A stretch of DNA of 64,000 bases from Candidatus Poribacteria bacterium (GTDB taxonomy: Bacteria; Poribacteria; WGA-4E; WGA-3G): contig CBDANF010000003.1 of NCBI GenBank assembly GCA_965197475.1, positions 3,392,001-3,456,000 on the forward strand. The letters are read 5' to 3'. The position numbers and the translations under genes are program-made. Shown here in pieces: positions 49,757-60,923 of this stretch; position 1 is the first letter of the stretch; each line of letters opens with the position of its first letter. Below the pieces are notes generated by a model. That model saw nothing but the letters and a program-made list of their open reading frames with translations. It made no database searches and had not been told where the DNA came from.

Positions 49757-49918
49757 ATACTAGAACGACTAAAACATTACTTGCCAATATGGGTACCCTT
49801 TATCTAAAATTAAATTTAGGTAGTAATGGTTTAGTCGCCAGGGTGCCCTAACTTTTTAAGTGGACACCCAAAGTGACTAACGAATACGCCACACCATGCG
49901 CAAGTGTGTCATAACAAT

Positions 49919-50959
49919 AGACATTATAATGATTTAAATAACAGGAGTTTCATAACGCCAGGGTCTGAAGTTTAGGCGAAAATTGTGTAAACCACAATAG
50001 GTTTCCATAACTAAATCACAAAACCCTTTCTTCCAATTCCTGAGTTTATCTTTGACAATGCGGCATCTTTTGACACCACTAATCGCATGTTCAACGCGTA
50101 TGCGTATAGACGCTATCTTTCTATTGTTTTCTTTTTCTTCATTCGTCCGTTCTCTACCTCTCGGTTTTTTCTTCGGTTGAATGATGTTTATATCCGGGAG
50201 AACGAAACCCTGAAAACCGGTATCTTGGGACAATGTGCTACCCTGTGGCACACAATAGCCCACCATATCGGCTATGTGTTTGTCATGGTGTCTTCCTTCA
50301 AAAGAAGGTGTCAATAGGACGACTTTGCAGGTCTCATTGATAATCAAATTATTTTTCACTGTATGACATTTCTTTTTACCACTATAATAACCCTTTTGAG
50401 TTTGTGGGTCTTTGGGGCATCGTATCGGGCGTTCGGTGCTATCATGAAAAAAATGTTCTCCTTCTTGATTTTGAGTTGATACTTTTGATGGAGCACATAT
50501 AGGGGCGGGGTCTGTTTCCCGAGATGGCAACTCTTCAAGTTTTGCTAATGCTTTGTTCAATATTGATAAAAGCAAGTGAATCCATCTATTAGCAAGAGGT
50601 TGAGACATACCAAAGAGCGCACCCAATAGAACTTGTTTCGGAGCATCACGCAGGTAAATCAAGATAAATAGCAACATATCTTCATGGCAAGCAAAACGAC
50701 TATTTTTATAGGGTTTATATCTCCGATTTTTGCGTGGTTTGCCATCAAGGGTATGTGTTCGCATATATTCTAAAAAACAACAAGAAAAATGAGGTAATAG
50801 TTCTGTAAACTCTTCTAATGTATATCCGGTGAGGGACAGAAACGCATCAGGTCTGTCCTTGAGATCTTGAAAATTGGTCATGAGTTAACCTCCTATCGTA
50901 AGATAATAAGTCAGTATAACAGAGGTTAACAAATTTAAAACTAATTCATTATAATGTCT
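49919..50959 (-). mobile_element. IS5-family (DDE_Tnp_4) insertion sequence
   Basis: TIR AGACATTATAATGA at both ends; AAT flanks both sides (49916-49918, 50960-50962). Confidence 0.9.
49934..50881 (-). CDS. IS5-family transposase
   Basis: LTGYT..EF..L HTH, DSTERPI, YSGKKKCHTVK, QDTGFQG, RIRVEHAI..VK. Confidence 0.92.
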   Translation of the reverse strand: MTNFQDLKDRPDAFLSLTGYTLEEFTELLPHFSCCFLEYMRTHTLDGKPRKNRRYKPYKNSRFACHEDMLLFILIYLRDAPKQVLLGALFGMSQPLANRWIHLLLSILNKALAKLEELPSRETDPAPICAPSKVSTQNQEGEHFFHDSTERPIRCPKDPQTQKGYYSGKKKCHTVKNNLIINETCKVVLLTPSFEGRHHDKHIADMVGYCVPQGSTLSQDTGFQGFVLPDINIIQPKKKPRGRERTNEEKENNRKIASIRIRVEHAISGVKRCRIVKDKLRNWKKGFCDLVMETYCGLHNFRLNFRPWRYETPVI

Positions 50960-51126
50960 AATGATGTTTGTCGTGGTGCTGCTGTCGGGTGCTTATCTCG
51001 CGTTTGTACGTGTTGAGGTTTAGCGCAGGTGAATCTTTCTTGTCTAAATCCTATTCGCCGAAGGGATCGGAATAACAAAGGTTCACTTTCACCAACTTAT
51101 CGATCTCACGTTCCATCAAGTATATA

Positions 51127-53661
51127 CTAAAAATTAAGTTTGTACAAAAACTTTACATTCCTACCCGGTTCTGGCATCACAGATTTGATGCGAGATAGGT
51201 GATCGTGGTAGGTAGTATCTAATATATTTTCTACCTCAAAAACAAATAGATTTTCAAGCTGCCACCACATAAAATTGAGGTAAAACCCTGCATCATGGAT
51301 GATATATCCGTCTGTTGGCTCTTCAAATTCTCCGAGTCGAGTTTGGCTTGCAGAATAGCGGGAAGTCAGGTGAAATTGAAAAGGGGCTAAAGTATAATTG
51401 AAACCGAATTTTCCATTTAGTGGTGGAATGCGTTCTAAGGGTTCACCAACAGCTTCAAGTGTTCCGTTGACATAACTCATATCTATTTGCACGTTAAAGC
51501 GAGGCAGAATTTCTGTTTCAATGTGCATCTCCGCGCCATTCATGACCACGTCGCGTCCCGTGTATTGATAGATCCACAACCAACCTGCAGCACCGCTTCC
51601 CCACTCTTTCTCACCCGTATTGGTTGGAATAAGGTAACCATGAATGTGATTTTGGAACAGTGTGAGGTTTAGCTTAAATTTGTCGCTTGAATATTCTGCG
51701 AAAAGTTCACTGCCAAACCCGTTTTCTGGTTCCAATTCAGCATTACCGATTTCGTAAGAGTAGACTGCAAGATGCGGCCCATCAGAAAAAAGTTCTTCTA
51801 TACCAGGGGCGCGAAAAGTTTTCATTATAGTTGCACCAGTGTTAATGTTGTGATGCCAGTGGTAGATGCCAGAAACAGCCATTGATAAACCGCCAAAGTC
51901 ACGACGTTCAACTGTACCTGCTTGAATGACAGTGCCGGGGCTAAACGGTTCTGCACGTCTTATATCGTAGCGGATAGCCCCCTGTAACGTTAGACGATCA
52001 AAATCTTGCTGGCTCAGATAGAATCCTGCTAATGCGAATTCACGGGTATGCGGTGTCCAGTAAAACCCTCCTGTTGCGTGATCTCTGTATTCTCCCCACA
52101 TGCCAGTGATAACGTTGTCAAATAGGTATACCATCGCCGAAAAGTTGTGGGTAAGCACACCGAATTCCACACCAAGTGAACCATTTGACTCTAATTCTTG
52201 ATGTTCATAGCGGGTATACGCTGTCTGGAATTTCACTTTATTAATCCACTCATGGTTGAAACGAAACTCCATGTGTGCATCGTAGCGTTGACGGTCAAGT
52301 GCTATGTTAACACCGCTGATATGTCCCTCAGGTGACCCTGGAATACCGTAATCAGAACGGTAACGTCCCCCCGATGCACCGATAAATCCCCATGGTTTGA
52401 TTAGGGAAGTGCCGGCAGAAAAATTGAAATTTGAAAGTTCAGTGTTTTCAAGGACACCTATCGGCGTTTGGGTATCCGAGGCGATACGACGATTCCACTG
52501 AAGATTTCCAGCGAAGTCACCGAGTGGCACCATGAATCCTGTCGTTGCCGTTAGACCGGTATTGACAGATTCGCCTTGAAACGTCAACCTCATGGTAGGG
52601 TGTTCCGGAAGGATTTGAGGGATGCTGTTCCGTTTAACATTGATAACACCCCCTAAGGTGCTGGACCCGTAGATAAGCGAGGCGGGACCGCGGGTAACTT
52701 CAATCCCTTTAGCAGAGGTAGGGTCAATTGCAACAGCATGATCAGCACTTGATGCGGATTTGTCGCCGGTGCGTTCACCGTTTTCAAGGATGAGCAACCT
52801 GTCTCCACCTAAACCTCTAATGACTGGTCGTGCTACAGCCTTTCCCATTGTTCGTTGCGAGATTCCAAGCTGATCCGACAACGTATTTGCTAACGTCATA
52901 CCCATCCGTTTTTCGAGTGTTACTTCATCCAAAGCAATATCAGTTGTTTTCTCATACTGATCAAGTGATCGGTTTGAGCCAAGAACCGTAACCGTTTCAA
53001 GTTGAAATGCTGACAGTTTCAATTCAACCTGCAAATAACTGGTAGATGAATTTACATCTACAACTTGTTCAACCGACAGATAGTCGGATTTGGTGAACTG
53101 AAGTGTATATTGTCCTTCTGGCACTGCTTCAAATTGAAACTGGCCGTTTGCGTCTGTCTGGGTTGTCTTATCTACCTCGATTATACTTACAGTTACCTCC
53201 CCGAGTCGGGAATGACTTTGATTGTCAATAACTTCCCCACGCAGCTGCCATGTTTTAACCTGCTCACTTTGAACGTTTCTGATATAGCAGAACAAACAAC
53301 AAATTCCCAATGCCAGTGCCAATAGGTAGGCACGCTTTAAAAGCACACCATAGGCATCAATTTTAGCGATTCTCCACCCCTGGTAGGTGCGGTTTCCTAA
53401 CCGCACCGAACTTACACAAGATAAATTAACTGCACTTTCCAGTCCGTAAGTTGGGTAGAGCTTGCGAGACCCAACAAATTCCAAAAGAGGCGTAATGAAT
53501 TGCGCGACTACAAACTCGGTTCTTTTCAATGCGCGCTTACAAAGCGCGCCTACGGTCTTGTGGAATATGTAGATATCCTTTAAATTGACACCCATGGCAC
53601 GCTTTAATAGCGCACCTACTGAAGCACATTTACAAATACATGAATCTCCAAAAATACGCAT
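51127..53661 (-). CDS. TonB-dependent receptor (ZnuD-like metal uptake) with REP-derived N-terminal extension; start uncertain
   Basis: CarboxypepD-like domain, ARPVIRGLGGDR, SADHAV, IEVTRGPASLIYGS, RAP..EELFSDGPH, PGRNV, C-terminal F. Confidence 0.9.
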   Translation of the reverse strand: MRIFGDSCICKCASVGALLKRAMGVNLKDIYIFHKTVGALCKRALKRTEFVVAQFITPLLEFVGSRKLYPTYGLESAVNLSCVSSVRLGNRTYQGWRIAKIDAYGVLLKRAYLLALALGICCLFCYIRNVQSEQVKTWQLRGEVIDNQSHSRLGEVTVSIIEVDKTTQTDANGQFQFEAVPEGQYTLQFTKSDYLSVEQVVDVNSSTSYLQVELKLSAFQLETVTVLGSNRSLDQYEKTTDIALDEVTLEKRMGMTLANTLSDQLGISQRTMGKAVARPVIRGLGGDRLLILENGERTGDKSASSADHAVAIDPTSAKGIEVTRGPASLIYGSSTLGGVINVKRNSIPQILPEHPTMRLTFQGESVNTGLTATTGFMVPLGDFAGNLQWNRRIASDTQTPIGVLENTELSNFNFSAGTSLIKPWGFIGASGGRYRSDYGIPGSPEGHISGVNIALDRQRYDAHMEFRFNHEWINKVKFQTAYTRYEHQELESNGSLGVEFGVLTHNFSAMVYLFDNVITGMWGEYRDHATGGFYWTPHTREFALAGFYLSQQDFDRLTLQGAIRYDIRRAEPFSPGTVIQAGTVERRDFGGLSMAVSGIYHWHHNINTGATIMKTFRAPGIEELFSDGPHLAVYSYEIGNAELEPENGFGSELFAEYSSDKFKLNLTLFQNHIHGYLIPTNTGEKEWGSGAAGWLWIYQYTGRDVVMNGAEMHIETEILPRFNVQIDMSYVNGTLEAVGEPLERIPPLNGKFGFNYTLAPFQFHLTSRYSASQTRLGEFEEPTDGYIIHDAGFYLNFMWWQLENLFVFEVENILDTTYHDHLSRIKSVMPEPGRNVKFLYKLNF
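53326..53619. repeat. Array of six REP palindromes from about four families
   Basis: 53326-53349, 53383-53407, 53446-53475, 53485-53515, 53530-53553, 53596-53619; each type has intergenic relatives elsewhere in the window. Confidence 0.85.
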
Positions 53662-53671
53662 GGAAATTTCC

Positions 53672-54253
53672 TTATTGCACAGTTACTGGTATCGGAATTG
53701 CCGTGAAATCGGGATGGTCGCCGTGCAGCAGTTGAAGTTTGATCGTTGTATTGCCTGCTTTTAGTCCAACGACTTCAAAACTCAACTCATATTCTTCTTC
53801 ACCATGCACATCTTCGGCATGCCCATCCTCTTCGCCTTCTTCCGACATGTGGATTTCAATAATGGTTGAATCGTACTCGGTTATTGCTAAACCAAAGGCT
53901 TCCTCATCACCGTGCTCATCTTCTTCAGCATCAGCAATCTCGTCAAGACGCAATCCTTCCTCATGGCGGTCGAGGAAGATAACTTGTACCTCAATTTCGT
54001 CGTTTTCGCCGAGGGTGATCTCCCCGGTTTGAGATTCTTGAAACTGACGATAGACCTCCACACCATCAACTTTAAGTAAAACACCGTCCGCATCAACGTG
54101 AAGCGTTTCCTCTCCCTCATGGCCGTGGTCATCCTTGATAGGGTTGTCATCTTCACCGCAACCACCGATAAAGGGTAGCATCACGACAAAAGTAAGTAGG
54201 AGTAATCGAGAAATGGCTACAGAAAAGTTCCGTTCAAAAAAGTATATAATCAT
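53672..54253 (-). CDS. His/acid-rich lipoprotein
   Basis: GGAG RBS, lipobox IGG-C, DDHGHEGEE, C-terminal LLHGDHPDF. Confidence 0.75.
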   Translation of the reverse strand: MIIYFFERNFSVAISRLLLLTFVVMLPFIGGCGEDDNPIKDDHGHEGEETLHVDADGVLLKVDGVEVYRQFQESQTGEITLGENDEIEVQVIFLDRHEEGLRLDEIADAEEDEHGDEEAFGLAITEYDSTIIEIHMSEEGEEDGHAEDVHGEEEYELSFEVVGLKAGNTTIKLQLLHGDHPDFTAIPIPVTVQ

Positions 54254-54572
54254 TATATTCTCCAATTGTTTACGGCACAAAATACGTGCCTAAAAATTTA
54301 TGACTATCAGCACAAAGTGTGCAGATACAATAATAGATGTATAGGTACAACGATAGCACTTAGGAAGACGCTCGAAAATGTTGCACTTCCTAAACATCCA
54401 TAAACCAGATATGAGGCACAGAAGGAGGACAAAAACAGTGGATACAAAGGCGCGCAAATCTACACAAGAACAGTTGTATCTACACATTGTCCCTCATAAT
54501 GGCTTCTACAAATTCCTACTTCCTGCGCGAAATTATAACTAAAGACAAATTGTATCCTTAGAAATGAAAATC

Positions 54573-54890
54573 TTAGATTGAATTGGAGAATATAGGCGGT
54601 GCCCGACTCTGGATGTTTGCTGTATGGATTAAGGGGAGAAAAACAACTTCGCTTAGTGGAAGCGTTCCACTGCAAAGTATAGGAAGGATTATTGCAATTG
54701 GTTGGATTTCGAACTCGACGTGGGTATTGATGAATACACACGCTACACAACTTTCATCTGAATGTGAAGATTCAGCATGCTCATGCTCATGGTCATGATC
54801 GTGCAGCAGTGGGGTGAAACCGAGCAGTACTACATAACAAACTATCCAAAAAAAAATGAGAATATTAGAAACAAATTTGTCGTGTTTCAA
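54573..54890 (-). CDS. Small His/Cys-rich membrane protein (DUF2946-like)
   Basis: TM helix, HDHDHEHEH, CxxC, C-terminal SRAPP. Confidence 0.7.
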   Translation of the reverse strand: MKHDKFVSNILIFFWIVCYVVLLGFTPLLHDHDHEHEHAESSHSDESCVACVFINTHVEFEIQPIAIILPILCSGTLPLSEVVFLPLIHTANIQSRAPPIFSNSI

Positions 54891-54928
54891 GAATCCGGAC
54901 CTATCGGTAACTGCGTATTATGAAATAT

Positions 54929-54957
54929 ATTATACTATACAAATGGCATGATTTCAA
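54929..54957 (-). promoter_or_regulatory. Sigma70 promoter of the metal-uptake operon
   Basis: TTGAAA-17 bp-TATAAT on the minus strand. Confidence 0.7.
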
Positions 54958-55311
54958 TTGTTTTTAAAAGAGCGTGTTAGGTTGGACATCACTTGCGTTC
55001 AACCCAACCTACGACTTAACCTAAATTCATGAAACTTACTGTTCCACCTCAATGATGACTGTTGCGCGTTTTTAAGGTATTAAATATATTATATACTTAA
55101 ATAATATTAAAGTCAAGTTTAATTTTATTAAAGTTGGGGTTATGAAAGATTTTGACGGTGAGGATAGTTCTCAATTAGCCGTTCTCCAGGTCCGGTAGGT
55201 TCGTGGAGTGTCAGGCGTTTCGCGGTTTTCTTAAATTGATATCTATGGGAGATTTTGACAGGATGGCGTTGGAATAGATTATTCAAATGCTGAGTCTTCG
55301 GTCTATCCCTT

Positions 55312-57216
55312 TTAATCAGCAGCAATAGTTTCCAACGGAGGAAGTTCGGGGTAATTACCTCGTGCATTTCGCCATGCGATGACACCTTCAACTATCATCC
55401 AGAGCTGCAATGCCTCAACGACAAGACCGAACCCGAAGAGAAGATATTTTCCTTCAAATAACCAACCCGATTCCGGATTGAACATCTGATATAGCATTGC
55501 CCAAGCAGGCATGAGGAGCATGACTACCATCGGAAGGAAAGCGAACCAGATTGGCTTGTTACGGCGCACGAGATAGAAGACAATCACCATAAAGGCTAAT
55601 CCAGCCAAGAGTTGATTTGTCGCCCCGAAGAGAGGCCAAAGTGTCAACCCACCACTACCTGGACCACTCGGCCCCTGCAGCAATGCCACTGCAGCTGCAA
55701 GCACCAAAGCGAAAGCAGTAGCAATGTAGCGATTAGTTAAAGGTTTAAAATTGGCAGTTTCTGCTAACTCTTGAATAACGTAACGTTGGAGTCGCGTTGC
55801 AGTATCTAATGTTGTGGCAGCGAAACTGGCAACAAGTACAGCCATTATCGAAATGCTCATCTTAAGCGGAATACCGAGGGAGGCAAGGAAATTCCCACCA
55901 CCATCCACGAATGCACTCACCTTCTCTCTGAGATTGTGACTTGCCCAACCTCCGACGACCTTGGTAGTACCATCAGCGTTTGTCACAGTTGTGGTAGTAG
56001 CATATCGCTCTCTCCATGCATCTTGATTAACAACGGGTTGTGTGCTTCCTTCTTTGACGACTGCTTGGAACGTATAACCTCCTGCACTGGCAGGGTCAGA
56101 GGTGCGGGTGAAAATGCCCATGCCGATACCCGCACAGCACGCAATAATAACGACAACGGCAAGTCCACCCTCAAGCAGCATTGCTCCATACCCAACGTAT
56201 TGTGCATCTCCTTCAGATGCGACTTGTTTACTTGAGGTACCGGAACTGACCATGCAGTGGAAACCGCTCACAGCACCACACGCAATTGTGATAAAGAGGA
56301 AGGGCCAAATAGGCGGGGCATCGGGCGGGATGTCTGAAGCTACTGCGGGGGCAGAAGCAAAAAGGTCCGCTTTACCTGTCAATCCTGCAACAGCAAGTCC
56401 AAGCACTAAAAGAACCAATGCTAATACCAATTCATGGCTGTTGATGAAATCACGGGGTTGTAAGAGCGTCCATACCGGTAGCACTGATGCGATGAAGCAG
56501 TAGACAAAAAGAACTAATGTCCAAATTACAACAACGTTCAAGTAGGTTGGTCCCAGCAGAGGTATTCCTAACCATTTTCCTAAGTCAACAGGCAGGAGAT
56601 ATGCACCGAGTGCCATCGCTAGGTACATGACACCGAGTGCAATGATAGAGGGGATGAGGATATTGCCGCCTCGGCGATAAATCCAGATGCCGATCACTAC
56701 AGCAAGCGGAATTTCTACCCAGACAGACAATACTGACTCAGGATAGTAGGAAAATATTAGGGCTATGACCAAGCCGAAGATTGCAAGGACAATAGTCAAG
56801 CCCATAAAAAGTACGAAAAGGAAAAGAAATTTGGCGCGTGGACCGATCATCCGACCAGCTACCTCACCGACGCTTTGTCCTCGATTACGTAGTGAGACGA
56901 CAAGCGCGCCAAAATCATGAACCGCACCAATGAAAACCGACCCGATAACAACCCATAACAACGCTGGCAACCAACCCCAAAAAACAGCGATGGCGGGACC
57001 GACGATTGGACCGGTACCGGCGATGCTAGTGAAGTGATGTCCAAAAATTATCTCTTTTTTGGTAGGAACATAATCAACATCATCTTTAAGTTCTTCACTT
57101 GGAACCTTAGCCTGAGGATCTAAACCGAAAATCTTTCTCGCTAACCACTTCCCATACGTATTGTATGCAACAATAAAGCCGACAAAACTCAAAACAGCGA
57201 TTATCAGTGTACTCAT
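55312..57216 (-). CDS. cstA: Carbon starvation protein A (peptide/pyruvate transporter family)
   Basis: DYVPT, FGHHFTSIAGTGPIVGP, GAVHDF, TIACGAVSGFH, TTLDTATRL, WPLFGATNQLLA. Confidence 0.95.
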   Translation of the reverse strand: MSTLIIAVLSFVGFIVAYNTYGKWLARKIFGLDPQAKVPSEELKDDVDYVPTKKEIIFGHHFTSIAGTGPIVGPAIAVFWGWLPALLWVVIGSVFIGAVHDFGALVVSLRNRGQSVGEVAGRMIGPRAKFLFLFVLFMGLTIVLAIFGLVIALIFSYYPESVLSVWVEIPLAVVIGIWIYRRGGNILIPSIIALGVMYLAMALGAYLLPVDLGKWLGIPLLGPTYLNVVVIWTLVLFVYCFIASVLPVWTLLQPRDFINSHELVLALVLLVLGLAVAGLTGKADLFASAPAVASDIPPDAPPIWPFLFITIACGAVSGFHCMVSSGTSSKQVASEGDAQYVGYGAMLLEGGLAVVVIIACCAGIGMGIFTRTSDPASAGGYTFQAVVKEGSTQPVVNQDAWRERYATTTTVTNADGTTKVVGGWASHNLREKVSAFVDGGGNFLASLGIPLKMSISIMAVLVASFAATTLDTATRLQRYVIQELAETANFKPLTNRYIATAFALVLAAAVALLQGPSGPGSGGLTLWPLFGATNQLLAGLAFMVIVFYLVRRNKPIWFAFLPMVVMLLMPAWAMLYQMFNPESGWLFEGKYLLFGFGLVVEALQLWMIVEGVIAWRNARGNYPELPPLETIAAD

Positions 57217-57259
57217 AAGCGAAATCCCGACTTTTTATGTAGCAGCTGCAAAAAAACGT

Positions 57260-58429
57260 TTATCGGACTCCAGTTAAAATCTCAAAAGTAAGTTGGTCTA
57301 ACTTTTCGTATCCAAGCCCTTTCTGAGCAATAGTATCCGGTTGGAAATCAATCTTTCTAAGTTTTTCTGTGTTCTCAGCACTATAATTCGCCATAAGTGC
57401 CTCAAGTACAGCATCACCTGCATGCAGTTCAGAGAGAATACCTTGGATCTCAGCGTCTTCATTGAATCGACGCGCTTTTTCTTTCAGAATCAGATAACTA
57501 CGCATACAGCCTGCAGCGAAATCCCAAACACCTTCTTCATCTTCAGTTCGGTAGGCGTGTGCATCAAAGTGTCTATTGCCATCCCAGTTGACATCTTCAA
57601 GAAATTTTACGAGGAAGAACGCGCTTTTTATATTCTCCGATGCAAAACGTAAGTCCTGATCAAAACGGCTCATCTTCTGGTCATTGAGATCAATATGGAA
57701 AAGTTTCCCTGCTTCATAAGCCTGCGCGACACCGTGGATAAAACTCAAACCAGCCATCGTTTCATGAGCGAATTCGGGGTTAACACCAACCATTTCCGGA
57801 TGGTCAAGCGTTTCAATAAAGTGAAGCATATGCCCCGTTGTCGGTAGATAGATGTCACCGCGAGGTTCATTCGGCTTCGCTTCTAAAGCAAATTTGAGAT
57901 CATATTCTTGGTCTTTGACGTAGTACGTGAAGTAGTTCATCGCCTCACGGTTCCATTTTACGGTGTCCGTACCGTTTTTAGCGGCATCTACTTCTGCACC
58001 TTCGCGTCCTCCCCAGAACACATATACTTTTGCCCCAAGTTCAACACCGAGATCAATAGCATTCAACGTTTTCTGAATTGCAAATGCTCTGACCTTTGGA
58101 TCATTTGAGGTAAACGCCCCATCTTTAAAAATTGGATGATAAAAGAGGTTAGTTGTTGCCATCGGCACTTTCATACCGTGATCGGTAAGTGCCTTCTTGA
58201 ATTCACTGACAATTTTGTCGCGTTCAGCAGCTGAAGCATCAAATGGTACCAGGTCATTATCGTGTAAGTTGACTCCGTACGCCCCCAATTCGCTTAATTT
58301 TTTGACGCTATAGGTGGGTTTCAAGGGGGGTCTAACAACGTCACCGAATGGATCACGTCCTGGATTTCCCACGGTCCACAGCCCGAAAGTAAACTTATGC
58401 TCAGGCTTAGGCTGATACTGTTCTGACAT
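57260..58429 (-). CDS. xylA: Xylose isomerase (short class I type)
   Basis: [47 protein letters not shown]. Confidence 0.96.
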   Translation of the reverse strand: MSEQYQPKPEHKFTFGLWTVGNPGRDPFGDVVRPPLKPTYSVKKLSELGAYGVNLHDNDLVPFDASAAERDKIVSEFKKALTDHGMKVPMATTNLFYHPIFKDGAFTSNDPKVRAFAIQKTLNAIDLGVELGAKVYVFWGGREGAEVDAAKNGTDTVKWNREAMNYFTYYVKDQEYDLKFALEAKPNEPRGDIYLPTTGHMLHFIETLDHPEMVGVNPEFAHETMAGLSFIHGVAQAYEAGKLFHIDLNDQKMSRFDQDLRFASENIKSAFFLVKFLEDVNWDGNRHFDAHAYRTEDEEGVWDFAAGCMRSYLILKEKARRFNEDAEIQGILSELHAGDAVLEALMANYSAENTEKLRKIDFQPDTIAQKGLGYEKLDQLTFEILTGVR

Positions 58430-58570
58430 TCATTAACTCCTATCGTTTGTCGGTTTGCGTTGGATTATAACATATTTCAATAATTTTAGCAAAATATTTT
58501 TTACTTATCGGCAGGGCAATTTAGTTTCGGTTTTTCTACTATATTTTTCACATTTCTATATAAACTACCT

Positions 58571-58839
58571 ATAGGAGCGATTTGCGGATCGTGACCTATT
58601 ACGCATGGTCGCGATTAGGAAATCGCTCCTACAAAGACGGGTCGTGATTAGGAGGACCCGACACGGTCGCGATCCGCAAATCGCTCCTACAAAGACGGGT
58701 CGTGATTAGGAGGACCCGACACGGTCGCGATCCGCAAATCGCTCCTACAAAGACGGGTCGTGATTAGGAGAACCCGACACGGTCGCGATCCGCAAATCGC
58801 TCCTACAAAGACGGGTCGTGATTAGGAAATCGCTCCTAC
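58571..58839. repeat. BIME-like tandem array of GTAGGAGCGA-type REPs (58-bp unit x3 plus partial units)
   Basis: Units begin at 58620, 58678, 58736, 58794; inverted first copy at 58571; related single copy at about 40415-40440. Confidence 0.9.
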
Positions 58840-59162
58840 AGAAGATGATCTGTCTTCGTTACACACCCACCCCAAAATGCCTGTAATAATCCTTTTTTGA
58901 GCAAATTAGGTCCTTTTCAGCGATTTTATCTTGGCATTTGCGTGAGATTTTGGCATAATTAATCATATTAAGTCTATTATTAATTAAAATAAAAATAATA
59001 AGACTTAATAGGATTAACAGGTTCATTTTGAGATTCATAGTTTAGCATTTTAGACCATAAAGCGTGTAACCTGAACTAACCCCTGGATAATTAACGAAAG
59101 TATTGTAAAGAAATTCAAAAATTCTAAATGCCCACGATTGGGCATTTAAGGAGATAAGATCA

Positions 59163-59678
59163 ATGAAAGGATTAGTTTTATTTGCAGCAGTGTTAATCGT
59201 TCTTGGCTCATGTAAAGAATGAGTGCAAATGAAAATTTAACCCGTGTGGCCATTGCCTTCATGAAAATAACCGCACACACCTTTTACATGAGCGTCGTTC
59301 TTTTATCAATTCCATTAACAGTTCAGTCTTCGTTTGTTTCTCATGGCACTAAATATGATCCGATTGCCGGTCGGTATCAAAATGGTATGGTAGGCGAGTA
59401 TCTGCCGAAAACGCTTAAACTGAAAGTTACGAACAACACTACTGGTGTGGCTCTTGAAGGTGTAGAGATAAAGTTTGCAGTCACTCATGCAGTGCTACGC
59501 TGTCACCTCAAGTTACACGTACTAATGAACAAGGAATAGCGGATACCGCGGTGACTGCTGGAAACGTAATCGGTTATTTGACTATTAAGGTATATAAAGG
59601 TATATAAAGTTGAGGGAGGCGAGGCTATAGTTGCAAACTATACTCATTGGATAGTCGGTAGACCGGTCACCGACAGAT
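59163..59678 (+). pseudogene. Degraded 5-prime part of an exported protein gene (Ig-like/Big_1-type segment), cut by IS3
   Basis: AAGGAG RBS, MKGLVLFAAVLIVLGSC then a stop; later frames give QNGMVGEYLPKTLKLKV..GVEIKF and TRTNEQGIA. Confidence 0.5.
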
Positions 59679-60923
59679 TGAAGTGCTACCGTTTATTCAG
59701 ACCAAAATTTAGCAAAGTTAAGACAAGTTTTTTTGCTCAAATTCCACAGGTGTCAAATACCCTAACGCAGAGTGAGGGCGTTTGTGATTATATACTTGTG
59801 TAATAAAATGCCCAATGCGGGCTCTCGCTTCGTGGATGTCCTCATAGTCATTGAGATGAACTTCTTCTTCCTTGAGCGTGCGGATAAGTCTTTCAGCATA
59901 TCCGTTCTCCCAAGGACACCCTCTCCGGGCGACTGAAATCTCAATCCCATGATGCCTAAGCAGTGAGATGGACGCATTTGAAAGATATTGAACGCCTTGA
60001 TCAGAATGATGGATCTCTGGGACATTTTGACATAATGCTGTCTCCAAAGGTTTCAACGTTAGAGATTGCGTCAAGTGTTGACTGATATACCACCCTCTGA
60101 TCATGCGAGTGAAGACATCCATGAGCAGACAAACATAGATAAAGTGTCCTTTGAGGCGGACGTAGGTGATATCGCCCACCCAGACCTGATCACATCGGGA
60201 GACATCAAGGTTTTCAAGGCGATTGCTCCAGGGACGCACACCCGCAACGGATGTCGTGGTTTGACAGACACGCTTGACAGAAACCGAGAGGTTGGCGGAC
60301 TTCATCAATCGGGCAACACGTTTATACCCGATGGTGTATCCGTTACGCACCAACAACTGTGTGGGACGCCTATATCCGTATGTTGGATATAGCAAAGATA
60401 ACGTCTCTATTTCATCCTGGAGGCCCGCTTCACACGGGGCCTGCTTGGGGTGATAATAGAGGTTGCTTCGGTTGAAACCGAGTGTCTCACATATCTGCCG
60501 AACCGAAAAGTCTGTCCGTAATGCCGTAACCATTTCTCGCTGCTCCATCGGGGTTAGCTCAAGTAAGTTGAGGCTTTTTTTTGGATGTCAAGTGCCAGGG
60601 TCAACCGCCCAACGAGTTGCTCAAGTTGGGCGATCCGCTCCGCAGAGGCATCAGACTGTTTATCAGCGGGTTCAAAGAGGGTCGCCGCTTTTTCAAGAAG
60701 CTGTCGCTTCCACTTTGAAAGTTGTTCATCGATGAGGTTATGTCGCCGACACACTTCTGCTTGGGAACTTTCAACGCTGAGAGCCTCAAGAACAACTTCG
60801 GCTTTAAACTCGGGGGTGAAGTTTCTTCGTTTTCGTTTCGCCATCGGATACTCCTTTCAAGGAGATGGATATTATACCATAATCTTGTCTTAGAGAGTGG
60901 CCCGAATTTCCGATGGCAGTACA
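59679..60923 (-). mobile_element. IS3-family insertion sequence, copy 2 (1245 bp, inverted relative to copy 1)
   Basis: Near-identical to 33267-34511 with a few SNPs; orfA 60554-60844, orfB 59718-60548. Confidence 0.95.

Noticed and set aside
55140-55391. 83-aa ORF overlapping the cstA end
   Set aside because: Overlaps cstA out of frame with no RBS or recognisable motif.
58571-58839. Possible CRISPR array
   Set aside because: Intervening sequences are identical rather than unique spacers, the unit is REP-derived, and no cas genes are present.
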